Source: Bdellovibrionota bacterium (lineage in GTDB: Bacteria; Bdellovibrionota; UBA1018; UBA923). Taken from it: 19,876 nucleotides of DNA. The notes beneath the pieces are model-generated. The model had not been told where the DNA came from and ran no database searches. It saw only the letters and a program-made list of their open reading frames with translations. Made by a program: the position numbers and the translations under genes. This document shows, piece by piece, positions 8,691 through 16,409 of the stretch. Numbering within the stretch: the stretch's first letter is position 1; the number at the start of each line of letters is the position of its first letter. The stretch is taken from positions 1 through 19,876 of the forward strand of contig JBFMCE010000073.1 of assembly GCA_040754655.1 (NCBI GenBank), read 5' to 3'.

Positions 8691-9898
8691 TAGATCGCCT
8701 CGCCATTCTTAAACGAGACTCTCCTCATTTCAGAGAAACGGAGCAAAACCCAAATGAATAAAAAGAAAGCCAACGCCAGATAGATGAATCTGGTGATTCC
8801 TGTTTTATCAATGATAACGCTGATGATAAAAATGCCCAAGGCCAAGCTCGAGACTAATAACGAATTCATGATTGAGAAAATATCTGCTGCAGAGTTCTTA
8901 GGAGCCCTTGTGACGATTTGATTCTGGATATAGGTGAAGGCCACTTCGAAGGAAAAAATAAACGCAAAGTACAACGGAAATGCCACGATTGGATTCTTGA
9001 CAAGAATCAGAATCATCATCAAAAAAGACGTGAGTAAAAGGAGGTTGGCGTTTTTACCTGGATTAGCGTTTCTGGCGCTAACGTATTTGGCGACGAAACT
9101 GGCCCCTGAAATGATGGCGATTGTTGAAATAAATTGCAACAAAGATACAGAAAAACTAGGCATTCCTAAGAATTCCAAGGCATATGCTGTTCGAGCTACA
9201 TTATGAAATCCTTGGAAGAACATCACGGTCAATATCAAGCAGATTAGAGGTGAAAGAATATTATTTTGGCGAACAATCGTAAAAATTTGTCGAAAAGATT
9301 TCGATGCAGCAGGGCTCAAACTCTGAGATTTAATGGTCGTCAGTCTAAGTGCAAGTAACGCTGTCACGAAAAAGAGCGATGATGACACAAGTGAAGTTCC
9401 TTGAGCCCCGATAGTGGTCGAAAGAACGCCCCCGAGTATTGCTCCACAACCGATGCCAACGAAATGAGCCGTGTTCAGCAAGGCATTTGCCTTTTCTAGC
9501 AGGTCTGATGGCATGTTGTGTTTGAGTGTTGTGATCCTGCATGTTTTTTCAATGGCTTCTAAATAACCTCTCAACATGAAAATAACGTAAAACAGAGAGG
9601 GTAGCTGAGTTACGAATGGAAGAAGCAATACGAGTGACATCTGGGTGAGTGCTGTTACCAATAGGATCGATCGAGCCGAAATTCCTGAGACTATTTTTGC
9701 AGTAAGTTTTACGAGAAGGACGGGAAGAATCCAGCTCATACCAAAAATTGATGCTGCAGAAAGGTTTGAACCAGTTCGTGAGAAAACCTCAGCAGAGTAT
9801 GAAAGCATGACAAAATACCCTGACGCTGTTGAAAGCATAAGGTTTGCCCAAAGAACCAAATATTGGTGGTCTTCAAAGAGCAGTCGTCCTTTTTTCAT
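8690..9898 (-). CDS. MFS transporter (probable exporter)
   Basis: 402 aa with about 12 hydrophobic segments. 'LEKANALLNTAHFVGIGCGAILGGVL' resembles the TM5 region of DHA-type exporters. TAATG stop/start overlap with the ATP-grasp gene. Confidence 0.88.
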   Translation of the reverse strand: MKKGRLLFEDHQYLVLWANLMLSTASGYFVMLSYSAEVFSRTGSNLSAASIFGMSWILPVLLVKLTAKIVSGISARSILLVTALTQMSLVLLLPFVTQLPSLFYVIFMLRGYLEAIEKTCRITTLKHNMPSDLLEKANALLNTAHFVGIGCGAILGGVLSTTIGAQGTSLVSSSLFFVTALLALRLTTIKSQSLSPAASKSFRQIFTIVRQNNILSPLICLILTVMFFQGFHNVARTAYALEFLGMPSFSVSLLQFISTIAIISGASFVAKYVSARNANPGKNANLLLLTSFLMMILILVKNPIVAFPLYFAFIFSFEVAFTYIQNQIVTRAPKNSAADIFSIMNSLLVSSLALGIFIISVIIDKTGITRFIYLALAFFLFIWVLLRFSEMRRVSFKNGEAI

Positions 9899-9904
9899 CG
9901 TATC

Positions 9905-11029
9905 TCATTGCACCGTATAAAATGGAGTTTGGCCCTTTTTTGTAAATTTATAGATAGGAAGCGGACGATAGGGTTCACCAAACTCTTCACTTTTCCATTC
10001 ACCAAGGATTCCATGAAATTTGATTTTTCTCGCGGCAGCAACAAGGTTCGCCCCAGATTTCGCTGAAATCTTCGTCATTTCAGCAGCCAGAAGAAAGGCA
10101 TCGTAAGCCGCAGCAGTTCGAATATTCTCAGGCATCCCTTTACAATCAGTCTTAAGCAATCTTTTGAAGCGATGATCATGATGTCCTACAGATTTTACGT
10201 CCCAAAGACCGTTGAAAAACAATTCAATTCCTGGTTTGTAATGTTCATTGAGCAGCTCGGTCGCATTGAACATGCCGGCATGAGTTACGATCTTGACCGA
10301 GATTTTTCTTTCTGAGAGATTTGCGTACAGATTCGTCAGGTCAACGCTGTAAACGGGGGCATAGATCACTTCTGGATTTTCTTTAAGAATCTTATCAACG
10401 ACTGTTTTATAATCTGTGGTGCCATCGATGAGATCGATATAGGCGAGCGTCGCCTTAGATTTTAATCTTTCAAGGTTTGGCAGAATCGCTGATCGGTAGT
10501 TGGTGGAGTAAGGCGAGGAAAGGTTTGAAACTACCACGATTTTTTTAGGTTCTAACACTTGATGGATGAACTTCGCGATCTTTTTTGAGTACGACTCAGA
10601 ACTTCCGATAATTCGAAATGTATTGCGGTACTTCCTTGTGATTTCTTCATGCGATGCGACTGGAACGATTTGTGGAAGGTTTGCTTTTTCAAAGACAGGC
10701 GCGGTAGTCAACGCTTCTTGCGAAGTGCGCGGTCCGATGACGATGTCATATCCTTGGCTTACAATTTGTTCAGAGGCGCTGAGAAGATCAGGGATGCTGT
10801 TATTGTATTCAAAAGAGGTGAGTGTGACTTTATGGCCTTGTTTTATCGATTGTTTCGTCATTGCCTCGAGAACGCAAAGGTATTCTGAGGCTGTGTTTTT
10901 GCTCCACAGAGCCGCAATTCTTATAGGCCGATTTGTACTGGCTTTGGCGTTCATGGCCGCGAATGAAACCACAGCTAACAACAAGGCTATTGAATTGAAG
11001 AGAAGTCTCATCGCCATTTTAAGAACCAT
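9905..11029 (-). CDS. LIVBP/LivJ-type (type 1) periplasmic amino acid/amide-binding protein
   Basis: Signal peptide followed by PIRIAAL, VIGPRTSQ, PQIVPVAS, TFRI, AAAYDA and FHGILG, all characteristic of branched-chain amino acid ABC substrate-binding proteins. Confidence 0.9.
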   Translation of the reverse strand: MVLKMAMRLLFNSIALLLAVVSFAAMNAKASTNRPIRIAALWSKNTASEYLCVLEAMTKQSIKQGHKVTLTSFEYNNSIPDLLSASEQIVSQGYDIVIGPRTSQEALTTAPVFEKANLPQIVPVASHEEITRKYRNTFRIIGSSESYSKKIAKFIHQVLEPKKIVVVSNLSSPYSTNYRSAILPNLERLKSKATLAYIDLIDGTTDYKTVVDKILKENPEVIYAPVYSVDLTNLYANLSERKISVKIVTHAGMFNATELLNEHYKPGIELFFNGLWDVKSVGHHDHRFKRLLKTDCKGMPENIRTAAAYDAFLLAAEMTKISAKSGANLVAAARKIKFHGILGEWKSEEFGEPYRPLPIYKFTKKGQTPFYTVQ

Positions 11030-12047
11030 TGAGGTGAGAGTCTAATTCGTCCCGGGTTAAAGGCCTAATGTAGCGCAAGACATCCATGTTGGGACGACCC
11101 AAGGCTCCCTGGTCTTTATACACAGGAAACAGGACTTTCCCATCAAATGGGGCACGATAGGAACTGCCGTCAATTTCTCCAAGAACCGTGTCTTTCTTAA
11201 TGGATTTCATATTCGAAAGACCCGGAACAAGATTAAATTCCCCGGTTTGGGTTCGCTGGGTTTCATGGAAAGTATAGACCTGCTCGGCATATTGCGGCGG
11301 CAGGGACGGCCATACCTTCCCTCGCGCAAGGTTCTCAAGAGCTGCGATTGCCTTTATGATGGCAGATAATCCTAGTTCGATTTGTCCGGCTTGGATTCCT
11401 TTTTCGCCGAGCTCTAGCCCAAATCCAATTCCGCCGTGCAAAAGATGGTAATTCACCGTTGTCATTTGACCTTGGGCAAAGCTCTTCTCAAAGTAGGTCA
11501 CAACCGCTGTTCTTGGCAGGCAGGTTCTCATGAGCCTAAAAGATCTAGGGTCGAACTTCGAAATAAAAAAGGGTTCTGCTGAAGGACCTTGGGTTTGATG
11601 AAGGTCGATCAATGCGAACGTCTGTCGGTAAATTTCCTCAAGACCCAATGCCAGTTTCTCTTCAGGATTCGTGTGACGCTCAAGTCCAAAGGATCGGTTT
11701 AAGTCTGATTCAAGAAACCGCTTACCAGCTCGTAGGGCTTCAAGGTTTCCGAGAGTAAGGCAGATGTTGATCTTTGGTTCTAAAAGGCGTTGTTCGAGCA
11801 AGCGAATTAGTTCTGAAACAACGAAAACTCCACCGACTTCATTTCCATGAGTGAGGCATTGTATAGTGAGGTCAATCTTACGCCTGTGATCGGTCGGGCG
11901 GCGTTCTTGAGGATTTAGTAGAAAGGCTCGATCCGTTATAGATTCAAGTGAGAGACTTCCAATATTGTTTTTGGCAAGTCTTAGCAGTAAACCATCAACC
12001 TCAGCTATGGATTCTTCAATATAGCTTGGGTTTGGCATAAATATCAC
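11019..12047 (-). CDS. Succinylglutamate desuccinylase/aspartoacylase-family (M14-like Zn) amidohydrolase
   Basis: THGNE (Zn H/E), RFLESDLNRSF, IDLHQT, GLELG (catalytic E) and a C-terminal barrel segment (APFDGKVLFP). GTGA overlap with the methyltransferase; alternative ATG at 12038. Confidence 0.92.
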   Translation of the reverse strand: MIFMPNPSYIEESIAEVDGLLLRLAKNNIGSLSLESITDRAFLLNPQERRPTDHRRKIDLTIQCLTHGNEVGGVFVVSELIRLLEQRLLEPKINICLTLGNLEALRAGKRFLESDLNRSFGLERHTNPEEKLALGLEEIYRQTFALIDLHQTQGPSAEPFFISKFDPRSFRLMRTCLPRTAVVTYFEKSFAQGQMTTVNYHLLHGGIGFGLELGEKGIQAGQIELGLSAIIKAIAALENLARGKVWPSLPPQYAEQVYTFHETQRTQTGEFNLVPGLSNMKSIKKDTVLGEIDGSSYRAPFDGKVLFPVYKDQGALGRPNMDVLRYIRPLTRDELDSHLNGS

Positions 12048-12781
12048 TTCTTTCGCAGCAAAAGCATTCCATCAGAGAGAGTGAGTATCATCGCTTCAAC
12101 TCTGGGGTCACGAGTAACAAAGTCATTCAGCTCCCTGAGAGCCCAGACTCGATCACTGGTGTCTTCTTTGTCGAGGATGTGCCCACGCCAGAGGACATTG
12201 TCGATCAGAAGGATTCCACCGGTTTCTAGGAGATCAACCGTGGCTTTATAATAGTTAAAGGCGTTCTTTTTATCTGCGTCGATAAAGATGAGATTAAACT
12301 TAGGGGCGCCATGCAAGATTTCTTCGGAAAGGGGCTTCAGCAGATCAAGTGCCTCTCCGATTCGAAGATCGATCTTTTCGTGAAGACCAACCTGCTCAAA
12401 ATATGTTTTGGCTTTCTGCGACCATTCAGGATTGTGGTCGAGACTAATGATCGTTCCATCGTTGGGCAGCGCTGTGGCAATAGCGAGTGTGCTGTAGCCA
12501 AGGTAGCAGCCAATTTCTAAAGCTTTCTTGGTTCCTGATATTTTGACCAAAAGATTCAGCAGCGCCGCCTGATCTCGCTCGGTCATCATGTAGTTCATTT
12601 CTACATTTACGGATTCATCGCGAATTCGTTTGAGTACGGGGTGAGGGCTGAAGCACCTCTCATGCACGTATTGCTCTAGCTCGGGCGTGAAGATGGGGAT
12701 CTTGGTCACCCTTCCGTCGCGTAAGTTCAGTCTTTGTTCGTGTTCCGGGATGGCTGGCAAACTGCTGTCTGTGGATTGCAT
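12044..12781 (-). CDS. Class I SAM-dependent, cation-dependent O-methyltransferase (caffeoyl-CoA OMT-like)
   Basis: ALEIGCYLGYS (SAM motif I), FIDADK, IDNVLWRG and SDGM. AGGTG RBS upstream. Confidence 0.93.
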   Translation of the reverse strand: MQSTDSSLPAIPEHEQRLNLRDGRVTKIPIFTPELEQYVHERCFSPHPVLKRIRDESVNVEMNYMMTERDQAALLNLLVKISGTKKALEIGCYLGYSTLAIATALPNDGTIISLDHNPEWSQKAKTYFEQVGLHEKIDLRIGEALDLLKPLSEEILHGAPKFNLIFIDADKKNAFNYYKATVDLLETGGILLIDNVLWRGHILDKEDTSDRVWALRELNDFVTRDPRVEAMILTLSDGMLLLRKK

Positions 12782-12804
12782 TGTTTTTCACCTAAAAATT
12801 GTGT

Positions 12805-12837
12805 CATTCCCGTATCAAATAATAGTTATTTAGTCAA
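12805..12837 (-). promoter_or_regulatory. Possible promoter/operator for the methyltransferase operon
   Basis: Minus-strand TTGACT (12837-12832) is immediately followed by the palindrome AAATAA-CTA-TTATTT (12831-12817). There is no convincing -10 hexamer. Confidence 0.35.
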
Positions 12838-12882
12838 CATTTGGGGGGACGGGTCCGAGGTTCTTACAATAAGGCTTTGCTT

Positions 12883-13218
12883 CTACCCCTCCCACGGGGG
12901 TTCTTTGCCAACGACCTTCTTGATCCATGGCAATTCAGGCAGTTCTTCAAGAGACCGTCCGGTGGCGAGATAGAGGTTCTGATAGCCGTCCTTGAATAGC
13001 TGTTGAGCGATGTCTTCTCCACGCACGCCATTCCCGAGGCCAGAGTCTATATAGACCGGCGTAGATTTTGGGATGTGTGCGAGATTCTCACGAAGTTTTT
13101 CCACAGACTCAAAAACCGTCAGATTTTTACCAAGTCTTTTGGCGACCATCTTCCAAGTCATATGAACAAGAAAGTCATCATCCAAAAGTACGGCATCGAT
13201 CTTGTTGCTTTCAGTCAT
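12883..13218 (-). CDS. Stand-alone receiver (REC) domain protein
   Basis: AVLLDDD, VYIDS (phospho-Asp), LATG (conserved T) and GKEPPW (K-x-P). 111 aa with no output domain. Confidence 0.85.
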   Translation of the reverse strand: MTESNKIDAVLLDDDFLVHMTWKMVAKRLGKNLTVFESVEKLRENLAHIPKSTPVYIDSGLGNGVRGEDIAQQLFKDGYQNLYLATGRSLEELPELPWIKKVVGKEPPWEG

Positions 13219-13401
13219 GGTCCAAGCTTTCTCGACAGTGAGTATGCTATTTTATTATTAATAAGTTGATCTTTATAATCGGAAAAAATGCCGCCAGCAA
13301 GAGTTTTTTGCTCTAGAAGTGAGGCATTCTGGAAATCCGAATTTACGACCACACATCTCTCTGTTTTCCAGACATTACGAAGGGATCTTATTTGATTTTG
13401 C

Positions 13402-13974
13402 ATGGCACACGTTGTGTTTTCGGGGCTATTGGTACTCTGTCCCCTAGAAGCATGTCAGCGTAAGAAAGGTTGGCAAAGTAAGGGTGCAAGTCTGGCGCTA
13501 CGTTGCATGGAGTTGATTACTGTTTTGGCATACGTACAAGCAGGTTTTTCAAAGTTGATTGTTTCAGGTTTGGACTGGGCGTCAAATGGAACGACACTAC
13601 AGATTGCGCTTATCCGACAAGGGTTAGAAACCGGGTTGTTTTTTTCGAAGTTTACTAACCTTTTGATCACTCTGTCTTGGGCTTCTCTATTGCTTGAACT
13701 TTCAAAGGGAGCGGTATGCATTGATACAGAGGGAAAAATATTTCACGGAGCGACCGCTATTGCTAGGGCTCTTGAAGAGCTTTCAATGCCCTGGTGGCCT
13801 ATTGGTAGGCTGATGCAACTTCCGATATTGCGTTCGTTTTTTCGAAGGCTCTATAATTGTTTTTCAAGAGTTCGTCATTTTGTTTTAAGGGAACCTATAC
13901 GAGCATGGTGTCCGCTAAACTTTGAACCCTTTTCTGATCAGTTCATCTTTCCCAAAGAGGAGACCAGTACTTGA
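13402..13974 (+). pseudogene. Probable chimeric remnant: HTTM-like membrane fragment fused to a DCC1/DUF393-like C-terminal fragment
   Basis: YVQAGFSKLIVSGLDW...LLLEL resembles HTTM-like membrane proteins. IDTEGKIFHGATAI...WW...LYNCFSRVRH resembles the second half of DCC1-like thiol-disulfide oxidoreductases, but their N-terminal DxxCxxC is absent. Confidence 0.55.
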
Positions 13975-14474
13975 AAATATTGATGACCCAACTCACGCTG
14001 CGTCCCTTGCGGTCTTCTGATCTCAAGACATTCCTCACTTGGGCTTCGGACCCAGAAGTCACGCGCTCATTGATGTGGGATCATTACACATCAGAAGACG
14101 AGGCTTCTCGGTTTCTAAAGAACGTCGCAGAGAAGCATCCCTGGTTCATGGCGATATGTCTCGATGGAACACCGGTCGGCGCGATCACCCTCGATCAAAA
14201 GACGGGTTCGGGCATCTGCAGAGCAGAGCTGGGCTACGTGGTTGCGAAAAAATTTTGGGGAAAGGGTCTTGCCACGGCGGCATCTAAGATTGCACTCGAT
14301 CGTGGATTCGCTGATCTTGGCGTCGAACGCATCGAAGCCCTGGTCGATCCTGATAACGAAGCATCAATCAAAGTATTAGAAAACTCAGGAATGGTGAGAG
14401 AGGGTGTATTGCGCAACTATCTGGTTCATCGGAGTAAAGTCAGAGACCGCTACATTTATGCGAAGGTGCGTTGA
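13971..14474 (+). CDS. GNAT N-acetyltransferase, RimJ/RimL family
   Basis: LRPL, AELGY, FWGKGLAT, RIEALVDPDNEASIKVLENSGMVREG. A GAGGAG RBS precedes the TTG start. Confidence 0.93.
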   Translation: MKILMTQLTLRPLRSSDLKTFLTWASDPEVTRSLMWDHYTSEDEASRFLKNVAEKHPWFMAICLDGTPVGAITLDQKTGSGICRAELGYVVAKKFWGKGLATAASKIALDRGFADLGVERIEALVDPDNEASIKVLENSGMVREGVLRNYLVHRSKVRDRYIYAKVR

Positions 14475-14501
14475 CGGCGATGATGGTGCGAGTTTGGTTT
14501 G

Positions 14502-14960
14502 TTACTTCTTCCCCCGCCTGCTCTTAAAAAACTTGCTCAGCACCTGGCCGCATTCGGGCATTTCTAAACAGGTCATCCCATAGCGATGATTGAGCTTAGA
14601 GTTCTCATGCACGTTAAACCCAAGCGACAACGCGCCACCCTTGGGATCAGGCACTCCATAATAAACATGCCGAACGCGGGCCTGCTGCAAGGCCCCGGCG
14701 CACATCACACAAGGCTCAAGGGTTACGTAAACGTCGCAGTCGACCAAGCGCCATGAGCCTAGCTTTCGAGAGGCCTTTGAAAGTGCCGAAAGCTCAGCAT
14801 GTCCGAGCACCGATTGCTTTGATTCGCGCAAATTGTGACCGCGGGATATGACTTTACCTTTGTAAACCACCACGGCCCCGACCGGAACCTCAGCTTTTTC
14901 TTCGGCCTTCTTTGCCTCGGCCAGTGCGGCTTTCATGAATTTCTTTTGATCTGGCTTCAT
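14502..14960 (-). CDS. tadA: tRNA adenosine(34) deaminase
   Basis: EVPVGAVVV, HAE, YVTLEPCVMCAGA, DPKGGA, LNH and C-terminal LSKFFKSRR, the full TadA signature. Confidence 0.92.
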   Translation of the reverse strand: MKPDQKKFMKAALAEAKKAEEKAEVPVGAVVVYKGKVISRGHNLRESKQSVLGHAELSALSKASRKLGSWRLVDCDVYVTLEPCVMCAGALQQARVRHVYYGVPDPKGGALSLGFNVHENSKLNHRYGMTCLEMPECGQVLSKFFKSRRGKK

Positions 14961-14984
14961 ATGAAGATTTATGGGCGCGATGTG

Positions 14985-15830
14985 CTACTTGTTCTTCTCT
15001 TTATTGTTCTTGGCCGATTCTATGGAAATGATGGGTGCCCTGCGCCCTTGGTAGCGCTGCTCGCGTTGAAGGTATTCTTGCCAGTTTCGCTCGCGAGTCA
15101 TTTGGCTGTAAGCTTTGGCGAGTTCTTTCATTTTCTTGGTGGCTTGTTTTAAACAAAAAACATTTTCTTTGCTTAAGGTGTCAAACTTCACCCCGATCCC
15201 TTTGGGATGGGTGACCATGCTTTCCGTTCTCCAAACCACGCGGCCTCGACATTCTATGTTTTTTTCGAACAGGGTGAAATGCAGGGTGATTGGCTCATCC
15301 AGCATGAAGAATCCGTGGGTTTTAATGAAACATCCACCAACTGAGAGATCCATGATCTCTCCCTCAAGCTCATCTTTCTTTTCTTCCCGATTCAGGCGAG
15401 TCTGCACGCTCAATTTATACCTAGGATCGCTTTCCCACCATCGAATGCGTGGAAAGAAGTAAGGCACCCTGATCTCGCGTCCTACTATATAAATGAAGAA
15501 GAGTTGACCTGCGCCCGTAGCAAGAAAGACAGGTAGCCTGAATTCTTGGTCGGAGTAGTAAACCAACGCCACGGCAGTTTGGTAAACCATTAGAAAGTTT
15601 GAGAAAAGGTAACTGTACCAACCATACCAGTGCAGCTTTAAGAGACCACGAGCGGATAAGATCGCGATAATACTAATAAACCAGAAACCGGGGCTTAGAA
15701 CGAGTTTTGCTATGCCGGAACCCGAAAGGCTAAATGCGAAAAATGCATATAAAGCATAACTAACTGGAAACATTAACCAAAGCAATGCAATGAATCGCAA
15801 TTTTCGTGAGATGTATCGGGTTTGTTTCAT
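14985..15830 (-). CDS. Membrane protein (about 4 TM) with C-terminal PilZ domain
   Basis: Hydrophobic N-terminal half, then DLSVGG (DxSxxG), GRVVW and GIGVKF PilZ-barrel motifs. Confidence 0.85.
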   Translation of the reverse strand: MKQTRYISRKLRFIALLWLMFPVSYALYAFFAFSLSGSGIAKLVLSPGFWFISIIAILSARGLLKLHWYGWYSYLFSNFLMVYQTAVALVYYSDQEFRLPVFLATGAGQLFFIYIVGREIRVPYFFPRIRWWESDPRYKLSVQTRLNREEKKDELEGEIMDLSVGGCFIKTHGFFMLDEPITLHFTLFEKNIECRGRVVWRTESMVTHPKGIGVKFDTLSKENVFCLKQATKKMKELAKAYSQMTRERNWQEYLQREQRYQGRRAPIISIESAKNNKEKNK

Positions 15831-15926
15831 ACTCTATTATCGCCCTGGTTTTGGCCTCTTTGTTAAGATAACGGGTTAAATCACGAAATTCCTTAATAAA
15901 ATCAAGATCTAAAATGGAGTACTTTT

Positions 15927-15956
15927 TTGCCTATCCTAATGCGGTGCGTGTAAAAT
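15927..15956 (+). promoter_or_regulatory. Putative sigma70 promoter
   Basis: TTGCCT-N18-TAAAAT upstream of a hairpin leader and a small ORF with a strong RBS. Confidence 0.45.
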
Positions 15957-16038
15957 TAGAGGGGAAACAGCCTTTTGAGCTTAAGTTTGAAGTCTAGACG
16001 AGCTCTTACACCAAGGCTGGTCCGACAAGGAGGTGCTT

Positions 16039-16206
16039 ATGGCCCGATCGGTATTTTATGCATTTAGGATTCACAAATACGCCGTTGATGCGTGGGCACT
16101 GTTCCAGAAGGAAAAAAAGGTATCCTCTTCCAAAGAAGTTTGGGGCCACCAATTCGATGAAATTGCAGGGGCCCATGAAAGGTCTCCCCCTATCCCAATA
16201 AAATGA
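16039..16206 (+). CDS. Small hypothetical protein (55 aa; below the ORF-track cutoff)
   Basis: Perfect AAGGAGGT (16027-16034) just before the ATG. Translates to MARSVFYAFRIHKYAVDAWALFQKEKKVSSSKEVWGHQFDEIAGAHERSPPIPIK and is followed by the hairpin GACCC-ATTC-GGGTC. No family recognised. Confidence 0.5.
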   Translation: MARSVFYAFRIHKYAVDAWALFQKEKKVSSSKEVWGHQFDEIAGAHERSPPIPIK

Positions 16207-16350
16207 CCCATTCGGGTCTGGCTTATTAGTTCAGCAAAAAAATTGAGTTCTTATTTTAAAGCGCTTGGATGTTAAACCAGGCGATTCATTTTCTTGAAAA
16301 AGAATCACCCTGCTCTTGAGAAGATTTTCGTGGGAAAGTCTGGCAGCGGT

Positions 16351-16409
16351 AAAAAATAAAGAAGCCCGGCGCCTTGGGTGAACGAAACCAGGCCTCCGGG
16401 CTTCTTTTT
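16351..16409. terminator. Bidirectional rho-independent terminator
   Basis: 12-bp inverted repeat AAAGAAGCCCGG (16358-16369) / CCGGGCTTCTTT (16396-16407) with further internal pairing. It has an A-tract on the left and a T-tract on the right, and lies directly after the stop of 16410-16691. Confidence 0.85.

Noticed and set aside
13215..13403. 62-aa minus-strand ORF as a real gene
   Set aside because: It has no motif or RBS and shares its CATG start head-to-head with the 13402 remnant. Only the ATGA overlap supports it.
16015..16038. GGTCCGACAAGGAGGTGC resembles the SRP RNA core (CAGGTCCGGAAGGAAGCAGC), and SRP RNA genes sometimes neighbour tadA
   Set aside because: It lacks the GNRA tetraloop, the CAGG/AGCA internal loop and a long flanking helix. 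It is better explained as a Shine-Dalgarno site.
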